Below, piece by piece: positions 28,821 to 39,193 of a stretch of DNA of 64,000 nt. This DNA comes from a virus. The stretch lies in IMG/VR virus record IMGVR_UViG_3300044825_000904, positions 40,272 to 104,271 of that record. One strand, 5' to 3'. The notes below the pieces were generated by a model. That model did not search any database and was not told the DNA's origin. It saw only the letters and a list, made by a program, of their open reading frames with translations. Position 1 is the first letter of the stretch. Each line of letters begins with the position of its first letter. The position numbers and the translations under genes are program-made.

Positions 28821-30899
28821 CTATCCCGTTAGAGTTTTTTTTTTAGATGCCGTAACATCGGCTGTAATTAGAAGTCCATTTTCATCGTATCTTGACCGAG
28901 TAAGCTGTCCGTAGATTTCATTGGAAGTTAATTCCATAAATACCACTTCGGCTGTACACTCAAAGTCATTTAGCTTCATTGACAATGGCCAGAACTTTTT
29001 ACCACCTAATGGTCCTTGATTAGGGAACTCATAAATAGCTCCATATTGTAAATCTATACCAATTAATGTACCAACAAAGATGTTTCTGTAGTCTGAATAT
29101 TGGTTTAGAATGTTTCTAGCACAATACTCTAAGATTGTAAATCTATCATCTTCTTCTCTTTCTCTCCACGATCCTTTTATTTCACCTGTAAGCACATCAG
29201 TGTAATAAGATTGCATAGGCCAGTAATCACTACCAGACTTATACAAGAATGCTGAAGGCTCTTGGATATCGTATAAAGCAAATTCTTTTTGATTAAAGTT
29301 ATCACCACAATAAACCATTTTCTTTTCAGGAATAATGGATGTATACTTTATGTTATCAACATGAAATACTTCTCTTGTAGGCAATTGCTTACCAAGGTAA
29401 GTTAATGGCTTAGGACCATTAATAATGATATCAGAATACCAAGATTCATAAGTTGCAGTAGTGCCTATTTTCTTACCAGCATACATTACTAAGTAAACCG
29501 AATAAGATTCATATTGATAGATATCCCAATCGTCTAAAATATTAGGGAATGGGAATTGTTGTGAGAATGAATTAATAGTATCTACATCTGGATAATCAGA
29601 AGACTTTTGGTAATAATGTGGTGAGTTTTTCCAAGTTCCTGATTGAAAATCATAATAATACTCAGCCACACCTGTTATATAAGGTATTTGAGCTATTAAA
29701 GAAAATGTAGGGTTATTTGTAGGGCATTGAACCGACAAAGTAAATCCTTCACCCCATCTAATGTCTACCTTACCAGTTGTAAAGTAATTTAAAGCATTAT
29801 GAGGGTCTCCTGCAGTTAAACCAAGCTTATACTTATTCTCTAATTGACTATACAATAAATAAGAATTTACTGAAGCTCCTTTATTAAAGAACTTAAATTC
29901 AGTTTGTGCTTGTGTAGTTCCTGCTAATGAAGTTGTATCAGTTAATAAAATCTCATTAGGATTATCACCCCAAATGGTACAATCACCATTAATAAACTTA
30001 TTTGTAGCTCCTTGATACTCTACTTCAGTGTATTTATAAAATCTTCTAATTCTACGCTTAGGCTCTGCTAAGATTTTAAAGTCTTCGCCATGAATTAATG
30101 TAGGAATGTTCTTTTTAGATGTTGTATTTAAAGTTCCATCTAATGCAAACTTACTTGCATCCCTAACACCAAAAATTAAGTCCTTAGGCTTTACATAATA
30201 CCACTCACCATAGTTTTGGTATACGAAGGCATTAAACACTTGGCAAATGTCAAGCAATAGCTCCAAATCACTTCTAAACTCAAAGTTATTATCCTTTAAT
30301 GAAGGAGTATAAACATAAGTTTGCTCTAATGGAGTAGAATAATCTGTCTTAACTTGAGCTTCATGCCACATCTTGCACAATACGTTTAAAGGATACTCAT
30401 ATCCAATTCCGTTTAATGCTCCTTGCAAAACCTTCAACAAATTAAGAATACCAGGAGGCATCTTGCCATCAATATCAAGCTTATTCTTCTTTAATGTACT
30501 TAACCCATCAATTGTCTTAAATTCAATTGCGGGGTACTTTAAAAATACATCTTCATCACATAATTCTGGGCTTACAAAACCTCTCCAGAATAAATTACCA
30601 GCTCTATAATATTCAATGATGTATTCCTTTTCATCTTCACTAATAAGTGAATCCATATTGATTACACCACCCAATACTTTGAATGTAAGAGACGATCCCT
30701 TCAATGGATAGAAGATATCATCATCTGCTGTAGGATAATCAATTATAACTGGTCCTACTTGCCCATGGGGGATATCAGTAATTGTACCAGTGTAGTCTTT
30801 TTTAAGAATAAGTATCTTATTGTTGCTAACAAGCATCTCGTTAAATGGATTACAAAACCCATCAAACTCAAAGCGATATAGTATTCCGTATCCTGTCAT
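28821..30899 (-). CDS. Distal tail/hub protein
   Basis: Follows TMP; FWRGFV, DGL..LK, YQNYGEWY motifs; ends at an A10 run. Confidence 0.65.
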   Translation of the reverse strand: MTGYGILYRFEFDGFCNPFNEMLVSNNKILILKKDYTGTITDIPHGQVGPVIIDYPTADDDIFYPLKGSSLTFKVLGGVINMDSLISEDEKEYIIEYYRAGNLFWRGFVSPELCDEDVFLKYPAIEFKTIDGLSTLKKNKLDIDGKMPPGILNLLKVLQGALNGIGYEYPLNVLCKMWHEAQVKTDYSTPLEQTYVYTPSLKDNNFEFRSDLELLLDICQVFNAFVYQNYGEWYYVKPKDLIFGVRDASKFALDGTLNTTSKKNIPTLIHGEDFKILAEPKRRIRRFYKYTEVEYQGATNKFINGDCTIWGDNPNEILLTDTTSLAGTTQAQTEFKFFNKGASVNSYLLYSQLENKYKLGLTAGDPHNALNYFTTGKVDIRWGEGFTLSVQCPTNNPTFSLIAQIPYITGVAEYYYDFQSGTWKNSPHYYQKSSDYPDVDTINSFSQQFPFPNILDDWDIYQYESYSVYLVMYAGKKIGTTATYESWYSDIIINGPKPLTYLGKQLPTREVFHVDNIKYTSIIPEKKMVYCGDNFNQKEFALYDIQEPSAFLYKSGSDYWPMQSYYTDVLTGEIKGSWREREEDDRFTILEYCARNILNQYSDYRNIFVGTLIGIDLQYGAIYEFPNQGPLGGKKFWPLSMKLNDFECTAEVVFMELTSNEIYGQLTRSRYDENGLLITADVTASKKKTLTG

Positions 30900-33115
30900 T
30901 ATCTTCCAGTTATTCTAAGAGTTGTTTCCATTGACTTATTGATAGCGTAGCCAGTAGCAGTCTGAGTAATTGAACCAGTCAAATCTACGAATAATCTTAC
31001 AGATTGTTGAACATTGCTCATATTTCCGTAAGAATAAGTGCTACCAGATATTCTTGATGAAGCTCCTGTTCCACCAGATGCTATAGATTTGCCATCTGTG
31101 GACTTATTTTTATCCATTGAAGATGTAACCTTACCTGCAAGTCCTTTAAGGGCTGTACCGACAGATACTGCAGCAATACCTGCTACAATTGCTGATTCAG
31201 GTGATGCAAATCCAGCAGTTAAAGCATTCTTCAATACTGTATTAACTACACCAAATGTAATTGCTGCTCCACCGACTTTAATCAAGTAATCTCCCAACAT
31301 ATTAAGGATTAAAGCTCCAAGAGATTTAAAAGCATCTCCTACAGTCAATTCACCTAACATAATTGATCCTGCAATCTCTCCTAAACCACCAGCAATGTTT
31401 TCTGATAAACCTCTAGCTGCATCATAATAAGATTTACCTAAATTTTGGAATGAATCAATTTGGTTATTAATAACTGATTGATCCCAACCTTCTGTAATCT
31501 TACTTATAGGATTTTGTAATCTAAAATTATCAAATGTACTTACAGGCTTAATCAACTTCATAATAGCAGCATTCTTTTCTGCTTGTATTTGTTGAGCTAA
31601 TAATGATATTTCTGATAAATTCTTGAATTCAATAGCCGTAGAATCAACTCCAGCCTTCTTCATCTCAGCCATTAACTTAGCATGAGATAATTTTAAATCA
31701 GCTAATTTTCTTTCATTAGCCGATAACCCAAGTTGTCTAATTTCAGTTCCAGCATCTTTCTCCATCTGGATTAATGCCTTAATTCTTTCGCCTTGAGCCT
31801 TTGTAATAAAATCAGTACCTGCTATAGTCTCAACCCCCTCTTTTTTTTCAGGCTTAGGTTTACCTCCACCTGCACCACCTGACATTTTCTTGAACATTGC
31901 TAACCACTTTTGGTAGTCAGTGATTTTTCTGGTAAGTGAGTTTTTCATTTGTTTTTCAATAGAAAAACCTTCTTTACCAAAATTATTCAAATAGTCTAAA
32001 AGCTGCTTAAAGTTATTTTGAGCAGTTTTACCAAAGAAGCCTGCTAACTTAATTGATGTTTCATCAAGCCAGTTAGAAAAATTACTTAATTTATCATTAT
32101 CAAATACATATTCAATAGCACTACCTAATAATTTTACACCCTTTATAACAACATCTAATGTTAGTGCTAAGAAATCTAAAGCTCCCTTTAATGCACCACT
32201 CCAAAATGTTGATTTAGCCATTTCATCATTTGTAGACTCAAAGTTTTTAGCAAGTTGAGTAGCAAGGAATGAAACGTGTGTAAGTAAACCAGATATATCA
32301 AATGTTTTATTTAAGTTTTCTCCTATGGTAGATAATGTGAAAGTAATACTTTCACTCATTTTATTGTAAGCACCACTAAGAGTTTCTGATTGCTTTTCAG
32401 CATTTCTAAAGAATCTACCTCCTTCAGAAGTTGCAAATATAAATGCTTGAGCTACTTCTGAAACACTAATTTTCCCCTCTCGCATCCTTGAACTAAGGGA
32501 TGCCATTGATTCTCCTGTTTTTTCAGAAATTGCTTGTAATGGGTTAAATCCAGCATTAATCATTTGACGAGTTTCTTGACCCATCAATCTACCTGCTGCA
32601 TTTACTTGCCCAAAAGCTAAAGAAAGTCTTGAAAATCTATCAGCATTACCTCCTGAAACATCTCCAAGCATTTTGGTTAAAGGAATAACTTGCTCTGCAG
32701 TTAATCCATATCCTAATAATGTTTGAGCACCTTTTGCAATATCTTGAAATTGCATAGGTGAAGATAATGCTTGAGATTTTAACTCAGCAAGCATATTCTT
32801 TGCTGTCTCAGCATTACCAGTAAATACTTCGAATGATACTGAAATTTGTTCTAATTCTGCAGCAGTCTTTAATGCAGCCTTACCAATTCCAATAATTCCA
32901 CCAACAATACCAACTGTTGTTAAAGCAAGCCCCATTGATGAGAATGCTGCTGAAATTACATTAGATGTGCTAGTCATGCTATTGCTAATTTGACTACCAC
33001 TTCTTTGGGTACTAGATGCTAATGATGATAATTTGCCTGATAAAGCACCAAGCTTATTCATAGCCTCATCTACATCAGCCCCAATTTTTATATAAAACTC
33101 ATTAGTTTCTGCCAT
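30899..33115 (-). CDS. Tape measure protein
   Basis: LGDVSGG...AFGQV.A.GRL.GQE..Q...AG tape-measure domain; follows the TAC genes. Confidence 0.92.
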   Translation of the reverse strand: MAETNEFYIKIGADVDEAMNKLGALSGKLSSLASSTQRSGSQISNSMTSTSNVISAAFSSMGLALTTVGIVGGIIGIGKAALKTAAELEQISVSFEVFTGNAETAKNMLAELKSQALSSPMQFQDIAKGAQTLLGYGLTAEQVIPLTKMLGDVSGGNADRFSRLSLAFGQVNAAGRLMGQETRQMINAGFNPLQAISEKTGESMASLSSRMREGKISVSEVAQAFIFATSEGGRFFRNAEKQSETLSGAYNKMSESITFTLSTIGENLNKTFDISGLLTHVSFLATQLAKNFESTNDEMAKSTFWSGALKGALDFLALTLDVVIKGVKLLGSAIEYVFDNDKLSNFSNWLDETSIKLAGFFGKTAQNNFKQLLDYLNNFGKEGFSIEKQMKNSLTRKITDYQKWLAMFKKMSGGAGGGKPKPEKKEGVETIAGTDFITKAQGERIKALIQMEKDAGTEIRQLGLSANERKLADLKLSHAKLMAEMKKAGVDSTAIEFKNLSEISLLAQQIQAEKNAAIMKLIKPVSTFDNFRLQNPISKITEGWDQSVINNQIDSFQNLGKSYYDAARGLSENIAGGLGEIAGSIMLGELTVGDAFKSLGALILNMLGDYLIKVGGAAITFGVVNTVLKNALTAGFASPESAIVAGIAAVSVGTALKGLAGKVTSSMDKNKSTDGKSIASGGTGASSRISGSTYSYGNMSNVQQSVRLFVDLTGSITQTATGYAINKSMETTLRITGR

Positions 33116-33800
33116 TATTCTATAGAATTAACCCAATTTTTCACTATATCATCCGAAAGATACTCTTTTTCTTTTGGTTTTTCTAAAACTTTTCCTAGGT
33201 TATCTGTCCACAATGGAACTAAATCTTGAGCTTTTGGTGCATCCTTTCCTCCCATGGCAGCTAATGAAGCCCACATTATTTTTCTAGTCCTTTCCCACTC
33301 ATAAGCCCTTCTAAACTCAAAGCCATGTTCATAGTCCAGAAATTCCCCGAAAGTCATTCTTTTCCATTCCCATGGCTTCAACCCTGTAATATATATTCTT
33401 GTAAGAACTTTACCCCAAGTAATTACCTCTTTTTTTTTGTGGCATTACCTATTTTTGGCTGGTCTAAATCACTTGGCATTAAATCAGCAGTAATCCATTC
33501 TACAACATTAATAACTTGAGCACTAATTAACCATTTAGTGGCTAACATTCTTGATCCTCTAAGTTTACTTAAAATAGATTCAGCTTCTTCATCATGGCCA
33601 TTTAAGAATAACCAATAAATATGTCCACTAAGGAGCATATCTCTAGTTATATCTAATAATTTAGAAGGGTTATCTTGATAATCTTGCATACTTACAAGAT
33701 CATTAAATTGCCCTCCAAGCTCTCTTACATATACATCGTTGATGCAACCTAAGGAAAAATCAAAGTTAATTTTCTTGCCTTCAAATGTAATACTACGCAT
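33115..33800 (-). CDS. Tail assembly chaperone G (33423-33800) and GT fusion via -1 frameshift
   Basis: A AAA AAG at ~33429-33435; the -1 frame reads KEVITWGKVLTRIYITGLKPWEW into the 33115 ORF. Confidence 0.88.
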
Positions 33801-33828
33801 TGTGTGTGTGTTTTGTGTGTATTTAACC

Positions 33829-33864
33829 AAAAAGGGTAGAGATTATATCCCTACCCCAAATGTA
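33829..33864 (-). terminator. Terminator after the tail tube gene, overlapping a TACATTTG element (33857-33864)
   Basis: GGGTAG...CTACCC stem plus T tract on the minus strand. Confidence 0.65.
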
Positions 33865-33882
33865 AACAAAAATTTTTAAATA

Positions 33883-34293
33883 TTAAGCTTGAGTAGTCTT
33901 TGTTAATGGACCATTACCTTTCAACTTAATATCTACTGTAGCAATCTCTTGATCACCACCTTTTACTGGTACTGACTCAACATAAGCTAAACCAGTTAAT
34001 ACTGTAGCTCCTGTAGCAGCAGTTTTGAATGAAACAGTTAATTCTGTTTGATCCATCCAAGCAGCTAATAGTTCATCATAAGTGTAGTTTGCACCACCAT
34101 CTGCATAATCTAATTGAGCTGTAGCTGATAGATTCCAAGCTTTACGACCTGGAATTGCAGTTTCCCATACACCTGAATCCTTGGATGAAGTATCAATCAT
34201 TGTAGTTGATAATTCGATATCACAAGTTGTTTCGTTTGCTATAACCTTAGTACCTACGAAGATACGCAAGTCTGTTCCTTTTACTAATGCCAT
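33883..34293 (-). CDS. Major tail tube protein (TP901-1 type)
   Basis: IDTSSKDSG.W...IPG.K.W, G.AYVES, LKGNGPL motifs. Confidence 0.9.
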   Translation of the reverse strand: MALVKGTDLRIFVGTKVIANETTCDIELSTTMIDTSSKDSGVWETAIPGRKAWNLSATAQLDYADGGANYTYDELLAAWMDQTELTVSFKTAATGATVLTGLAYVESVPVKGGDQEIATVDIKLKGNGPLTKTTQA

Positions 34294-34300
34294 TTTATTT

Positions 34301-34744
34301 CTAATTTAATTGTTCTAATAATTGACTAAATGTTACGATAATTTCTACTTGCCATCCTGTTGGCAATTGTGAAGTTAATGTATTTGTTTGATATTCACAA
34401 TTCAAAACCTGCCAATTAGTTAGGTGTGAACTAATACCAAAATTGCTTGGTCCTAAAAGGACTTTATTTGCAATTTGATTAACAATATCATTAGCTACTT
34501 TTTTGCCTCCTGTATCAGAAACAAACTTAGTAATGACGTGAATATCAATAATCTCATCACGAATAAATCTATCTTTATTGCCATCATTTCTACCTGTCTG
34601 TTGCATAAATACAATAGCAGGGTATGCTGCCGTACTAGGAACTATTTCATCGAAAACTTCAACAGGCTGACCATTGCTAGTAATATTGGTCAAAGTCTCA
34701 AAATAAGCCTTTCTTAAATCAAATTGTGGGTCTTTTGCTACCAT
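34301..34744 (-). CDS. Tail terminator (DUF3168-like)
   Basis: VFDEIVP..A.YP.IV, IDIHV; synteny. Confidence 0.75.
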   Translation of the reverse strand: MVAKDPQFDLRKAYFETLTNITSNGQPVEVFDEIVPSTAAYPAIVFMQQTGRNDGNKDRFIRDEIIDIHVITKFVSDTGGKKVANDIVNQIANKVLLGPSNFGISSHLTNWQVLNCEYQTNTLTSQLPTGWQVEIIVTFSQLLEQLN

Positions 34745-34748
34745 CTTA

Positions 34749-35189
34749 TTAAGTTTTCATAATGTTTTTAAATCTAGTCCTAGCTTTTCTAGTAATTCTT
34801 CTGGTAGTAATCACATAATGATGAAATAAGAACTTTCTAGCCCTTAAACCTTTATGATTCTGATTAGCTCCTTTAAAGCCAGCAATATAATCTTGGTATG
34901 GAGATAAAGTTCCTGTTAAATTAAATTTCTTACCTGTACCAAAATCCTGATAAGGGGCATAATGAGCTCTAAATCCAATTGTAGCAGTTACTTTATTTCT
35001 ACCTTCTTGTTTTTTAAAATAATGACTATTTCTAAGTTTTCCAGTCTTTACAGGTGCTAATGATTTAGATTGACTTGAAAGTGCTTCAGCTTCTTGCATA
35101 ACCATTTCTGTTATGTCTTTGGCTCTATTTTGTGCACGTTCAAATCTATTAATTAAAATCTTTAAGCCCTCAAACTTAACTTTAATCAT
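34749..35189 (-). CDS. HK97 gp10-like neck protein
   Basis: LAPVKTGKLRNS, YAPYQDFGT. Confidence 0.85.
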   Translation of the reverse strand: MIKVKFEGLKILINRFERAQNRAKDITEMVMQEAEALSSQSKSLAPVKTGKLRNSHYFKKQEGRNKVTATIGFRAHYAPYQDFGTGKKFNLTGTLSPYQDYIAGFKGANQNHKGLRARKFLFHHYVITTRRITRKARTRFKNIMKT

Positions 35190-35532
35190 TTCTTACAGTT
35201 GCTTTAAAAGTTATCCACTTATTCTTAAAATCAACATTAGTGATATCAGAAAGTGCATATCTTTTATTCTTAAAAACCATTACAGTAGTGGTTTTAAATT
35301 CATATTGACTATTGTATCTGACCATACATTCAAATGATTGATCAGTACCAATTTGACCACCTTCTTCATTTCTGACACCACCATAGTTGCCATAAAATGA
35401 ACTTGTAGACTTAATATGCACATTACAGCTATACCCTTGACGAGAAGCTGCAGTAACACCTCCAGCACCATCTGGTATTTGTTCTACCATGGTTTGAAAG
35501 TTAGCCGTAAATCTGCTAAGTTTATTATACAT
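35182..35532 (-). CDS. Head closure protein (SPP1 gp16-like)
   Basis: PDGAGG, VRY, RY.LSDI..VD; synteny. Confidence 0.7.
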   Translation of the reverse strand: MYNKLSRFTANFQTMVEQIPDGAGGVTAASRQGYSCNVHIKSTSSFYGNYGGVRNEEGGQIGTDQSFECMVRYNSQYEFKTTTVMVFKNKRYALSDITNVDFKNKWITFKATVRND

Positions 35533-36061
35533 AGATAGGTCTGTAATGTCTAATACGTTCTTTAATAGCTCTAATTGCCAATTTCTTGTCTTCTACCGCC
35601 TGATCATAATCAACTGCTATAATATCTAATACAGCATTTTGAATATCAAAAGGCAATGGAAGATACCCTCCAATGTAAGTAACTACCATACCACCTGAAG
35701 AATAAGCAGAAATCTTTTGGTTTAATTCACTAACAGTGTGAGACAAATCAACTCCAGCAGCATCTTTTACAGACTCAATATCAGTCACTGGGCCATAATA
35801 CAAATCAATTGTACCATTTACCTCAATGTAAGACTGAATCATACGCTTTGGCTTTAGATTCTTTTGGATATATGTCTCAACCTCGTGAATAGCAGAATAC
35901 CTTAAATCACTAAGCTTTTGATTATCGTCATTATTAGAAATTTCAATATTCAAGTGTCGCTTAACTTGGTCTAAAGTTACTACTTCAGCTAAAGGGGTGA
36001 TTTCCTCAACCATTTTAATTTCTAAACCCCTTGTTTTAACTACTTCAGGTATGTAAGCCAT
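35525..36061 (-). CDS. Head-tail adaptor (HK97 gp6-like)
   Basis: VTLDQVKRHLNI, VTY.GGY..LP.DI..AVL. Confidence 0.85.
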   Translation of the reverse strand: MAYIPEVVKTRGLEIKMVEEITPLAEVVTLDQVKRHLNIEISNNDDNQKLSDLRYSAIHEVETYIQKNLKPKRMIQSYIEVNGTIDLYYGPVTDIESVKDAAGVDLSHTVSELNQKISAYSSGGMVVTYIGGYLPLPFDIQNAVLDIIAVDYDQAVEDKKLAIRAIKERIRHYRPIYV

Positions 36062-36264
36062 TATTTCTTCTTAGAAGGTTTTACAACTTTATTTTGAGGA
36101 GGATTAACTGGATCAGTTTCTTCTTCCATTTCTACAACAATTACTAAACCTTTCGATTCTAGCATTTTTGCTCTGTCATTACTTGTTTTGAATGAATCAC
36201 CTACCATACGAGGATGATTAGCTTCCATATCGAAAAAGTGTTGTTCACAAGTTACCTTTGCCAT
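36061..36264 (-). CDS. Small head-associated protein
   Basis: 67 aa with GDSF....RA..L...GL, directly after MCP. Confidence 0.6.
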   Translation of the reverse strand: MAKVTCEQHFFDMEANHPRMVGDSFKTSNDRAKMLESKGLVIVVEMEEETDPVNPPQNKVVKPSKKK

Positions 36265-36283
36265 TTTATTTAAGTTTAAGGTT

Positions 36284-36321
36284 TAAAAATAAGCCTACTG
36301 TTCTTATGGGAAGTAGGCTTA
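36284..36321 (-). terminator. Terminator after phage B MCP
   Basis: TAAGCCTACT/AGTAGGCTTA inverted repeat plus T tract on the minus strand. Confidence 0.7.
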
Positions 36322-36349
36322 CATAATAACACTAAAATAAGAAAGGTGA

Positions 36350-37534
36350 TTATGCTACCACAAAAGTACCTTTTGTCATTGCACTACCGAAGTAGATTGG
36401 CAAAGCAATAGATTCTTCTGCTCTCACAGTAACCAAGTTCTTAGTAAAGTTGTCCCCATCTTCGTAAGCGAATTCAACCATTACGTTGTCTTCGAATAAC
36501 AATTCAGCAGCCTTATTCATATCTGCTACGAAGAAAGTGTTAACAGGGATGATATCAGTTGAAATAACTGGCACACCAGCAATTGTTAAACCAGTTCCAG
36601 ATAATAAAGATGGGTGAGAATAACCAGCACCTGATTCTTTATTAATCAACAACTCCATCTCATCAATTGGGTTTACCAAGATGATAGAAGGACGGAAACG
36701 AGCAGCTTTTTTCTGAGCAATAGCGTTAGCTAATTTATCCCAACGGTTTGAACCTGCAACTACTGATCCAGATGGAGAGTAAGCTGAAGCAGCTTCGTAT
36801 AAACCTGTGAATTCACCAGTTCCTGCATAATCAAATAACTTAGTATCTTCTTGCTCTAACAAATCATTAACCATTTGTGTAGAAACGAAGTTTTGTAACC
36901 AAGATAAACGAGATAACATCTGCTTAGAGATTTTGCTGTATGCAGCAATAGTCTTAGGAGTTACCTCAGTGATTGTGAAGTCATAATCAACTTGAGCCTT
37001 AGAAGCACCTTCAGTTTGAACTGCTGGAGCACCTTCGCCACCTGATTTCTTAGCGAATTTAAATACACCATTCTGCTCAATTACAGAAGAACGCATCAAA
37101 TCACGCAAGTGAACTGAACGGAAAGGATCAGTTAAGATTACGTTAGATAAACCAGCAATCTTAGAAGCCCAATCAGAACCGATGTTAGCAGTTAAGTTCA
37201 TATCACCTACTGCTTTCAATTCCATTGCAACTGAAGAACGAGAAGTAGTCATAGACTTGAATTCTTGCTCACGAGCTTCGAATTTTTTCGCTAAGAAATC
37301 TTCTTTCTTAGTTGGCTCTACAGACTTAGCTTTCAAATCTAAGATAGCATCAGATACAGATTTTGATAAACCTTCCACCTTACCTTCTACCTCTTGTAAT
37401 TTAACACCTGCATTTTTAGTTTGCTCGATCAAATCAGATAAGCCTAAGCCTTCCATTTCACGACCAACACCTTTTTGAATCATTTCGTTGATGTCGCTTT
37501 TTACTTCATCAACAATTTTTTTAATATCTTCCAT
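36350..37534 (-). CDS. Major capsid protein, HK97 family
   Basis: Delta-domain coiled coil, EGASK, TIAAY..IS.QML, F.KNLVTVRAE. Confidence 0.93.
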   Translation of the reverse strand: MEDIKKIVDEVKSDINEMIQKGVGREMEGLGLSDLIEQTKNAGVKLQEVEGKVEGLSKSVSDAILDLKAKSVEPTKKEDFLAKKFEAREQEFKSMTTSRSSVAMELKAVGDMNLTANIGSDWASKIAGLSNVILTDPFRSVHLRDLMRSSVIEQNGVFKFAKKSGGEGAPAVQTEGASKAQVDYDFTITEVTPKTIAAYSKISKQMLSRLSWLQNFVSTQMVNDLLEQEDTKLFDYAGTGEFTGLYEAASAYSPSGSVVAGSNRWDKLANAIAQKKAARFRPSIILVNPIDEMELLINKESGAGYSHPSLLSGTGLTIAGVPVISTDIIPVNTFFVADMNKAAELLFEDNVMVEFAYEDGDNFTKNLVTVRAEESIALPIYFGSAMTKGTFVVA

Positions 37535-38265
37535 TACTTAAAAGAGTTTTTTAATTGTTTTAAAAATTCGATTTGCACTTGTCTTTGTAATTCTTCTGGA
37601 TTAATCATCTCAGGAGTGGACTTAACCGACTCCTTGTCATTAATTAGTTTGAACAACTCCGATTTTATAAAGTTATACTCAATTTCAATCAATTCATAAG
37701 TTTCGTCCTTTAAATTTCCACTACGCAATTGCTTGTATAGTTTATCAAAACGATCTTGCAATCCTTTAGCATCCATAGATTTTAAACCTACAAATGGTGT
37801 TTCAGGATTAGCTCCCCATAGAACTGACGAAAATTCGTACAATTTTACTTCTTGAATCTGATAATACGGCTTTTGATTTGTATTAGCATCTGGTTCTACT
37901 CTTGTTTCCTTAATTGTAGAGAATCCAATTGAATGCTGGTTAATTAAACCATTGTCATACAACTTAAGGATATCCTCGCCAATCTCAGTGTCAATAATAG
38001 CAGCCTCAAAATATAAACCATAATTATCTTCTTTCAATACTGATGGCTTACCAAGTGGGCTATCTGAGCTATGATTGTGTAAAAACCATATTTCATTCTT
38101 TCCCCCTGGACCACGTTCTTGAATAGTCTTGGTAAATGCACCTGGCATAATCATATCGCCATGCAAGTCAATATTACCAAACTTAGCAGCATAACCCATT
38201 ACAGTCCGTTTTGCAACATCGACTTCAGTTATCTCCCCTTCAGATTTTATCTTATAATCTCTCAT
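37534..38265 (-). CDS. HK97-family prohead protease
   Basis: GYAAKFGNID..GD.I.PGAF, FLHNH, HSIGF, LYEFSSV..GAN. Confidence 0.95.
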   Translation of the reverse strand: MRDYKIKSEGEITEVDVAKRTVMGYAAKFGNIDLHGDMIMPGAFTKTIQERGPGGKNEIWFLHNHSSDSPLGKPSVLKEDNYGLYFEAAIIDTEIGEDILKLYDNGLINQHSIGFSTIKETRVEPDANTNQKPYYQIQEVKLYEFSSVLWGANPETPFVGLKSMDAKGLQDRFDKLYKQLRSGNLKDETYELIEIEYNFIKSELFKLINDKESVKSTPEMINPEELQRQVQIEFLKQLKNSFK

Positions 38266-38284
38266 ATTTTCTATCTATTGCTTG

Positions 38285-38292
38285 CAAATATA
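38285..38292 (-). promoter_or_regulatory. Bacteroidota -7 promoter element TATATTTG
   Basis: TAnnTTTG upstream of protease-MCP. Confidence 0.6.
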
Positions 38293-38316
38293 ATAAAAAT
38301 AACTAAATACAAAATT

Positions 38317-39057
38317 TTAAATATATCTAACCCCACATCTGCAATTAACAATCTCGCTTGCAGGGGCAGAACCATCTCCAGGATAGGCCATTGGATAGCC
38401 TCCTACAATAAACTTTTCATTTAAAGCAATTGCAGGATATCCATCCATATCGTGATGAGATTTACGTTCTTTGCCATCCAAAATAACCATCCATTTCTTC
38501 TTGGTAATCTTAGGCTGTAAAGAAGCCCATAAATCGCTTGCTAGATTCATTATTTTAGTCACTTCAGTCCTAGCTATCGTCTGACTACGAATTATGTTCT
38601 TCTGGGCCAAATAAACGCTTAATAGGGTAATGATAGCGGAGGCAGGGATGCCTTGTTTTAGTTTATCGTCTACAAACTTTTGTATATCGTACTTAATTGT
38701 GGCAATAATGCCTAGTACAACTATAAATTGAGTGATATCTCTAAAACGCAATAACAAAAGTAGTAACCATGCCTCATTAAAGTTGTCTTCTTCTTCTTCC
38801 TCTTTCTTCTTGTATCTATTGAGAAACTCGGATTGTTTAAGGCCAAACTTTTGATAAGCATCTTTTAAGATGTCCATCATCCATTTTTCGCTAAAATGGT
38901 TAGTAATATGAAATGTATTGGGGTTTCTGCCTTCTAGTGTAGCTAGGTATGCCCTAGTTTCTGCACCAAGCTTAGTTCTAACAAAAGCAAATAAGGCACG
39001 TTCATTGATGTCGTGCCTTCTTCGCCAAGCAACTTTATACATTTCGTCACTTACCAT
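38317..39057 (-). CDS. Minor head protein (SPP1 gp7/MuF family)
   Basis: IARTE, KKW....D...R..H, YPGD......VNCRC. Confidence 0.9.
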   Translation of the reverse strand: MVSDEMYKVAWRRRHDINERALFAFVRTKLGAETRAYLATLEGRNPNTFHITNHFSEKWMMDILKDAYQKFGLKQSEFLNRYKKKEEEEEDNFNEAWLLLLLLRFRDITQFIVVLGIIATIKYDIQKFVDDKLKQGIPASAIITLLSVYLAQKNIIRSQTIARTEVTKIMNLASDLWASLQPKITKKKWMVILDGKERKSHHDMDGYPAIALNEKFIVGGYPMAYPGDGSAPASEIVNCRCGVRYI

Positions 39058-39191
39058 TTTTTATCCTTAAAAAGTTTTTCTACCTTCTTCTTTTCCGCTT
39101 TCTTAATAAAACCTTCATACCATAGGAAAAACCCAAACCAAAATGAACTGGTTAATGAAACGGAAATTACTATGATATGAAAGTTTTCCAT
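39051..39191 (-). CDS. Unlisted 46-aa single-TM protein
   Basis: MENFHIIVISVSLTSSFWFGFFLWYEGFIKKAEKKKVEKLFKDKKW fills the portal-MuF gap. Confidence 0.6.
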   Translation of the reverse strand: MENFHIIVISVSLTSSFWFGFFLWYEGFIKKAEKKKVEKLFKDKKW

Positions 39192-39193
39192 AA

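Noticed and set aside
31841-31848. A8 run in the tape measure gene as a frameshift site
   Set aside because: The -1 frame stops after three codons; no supporting signal.
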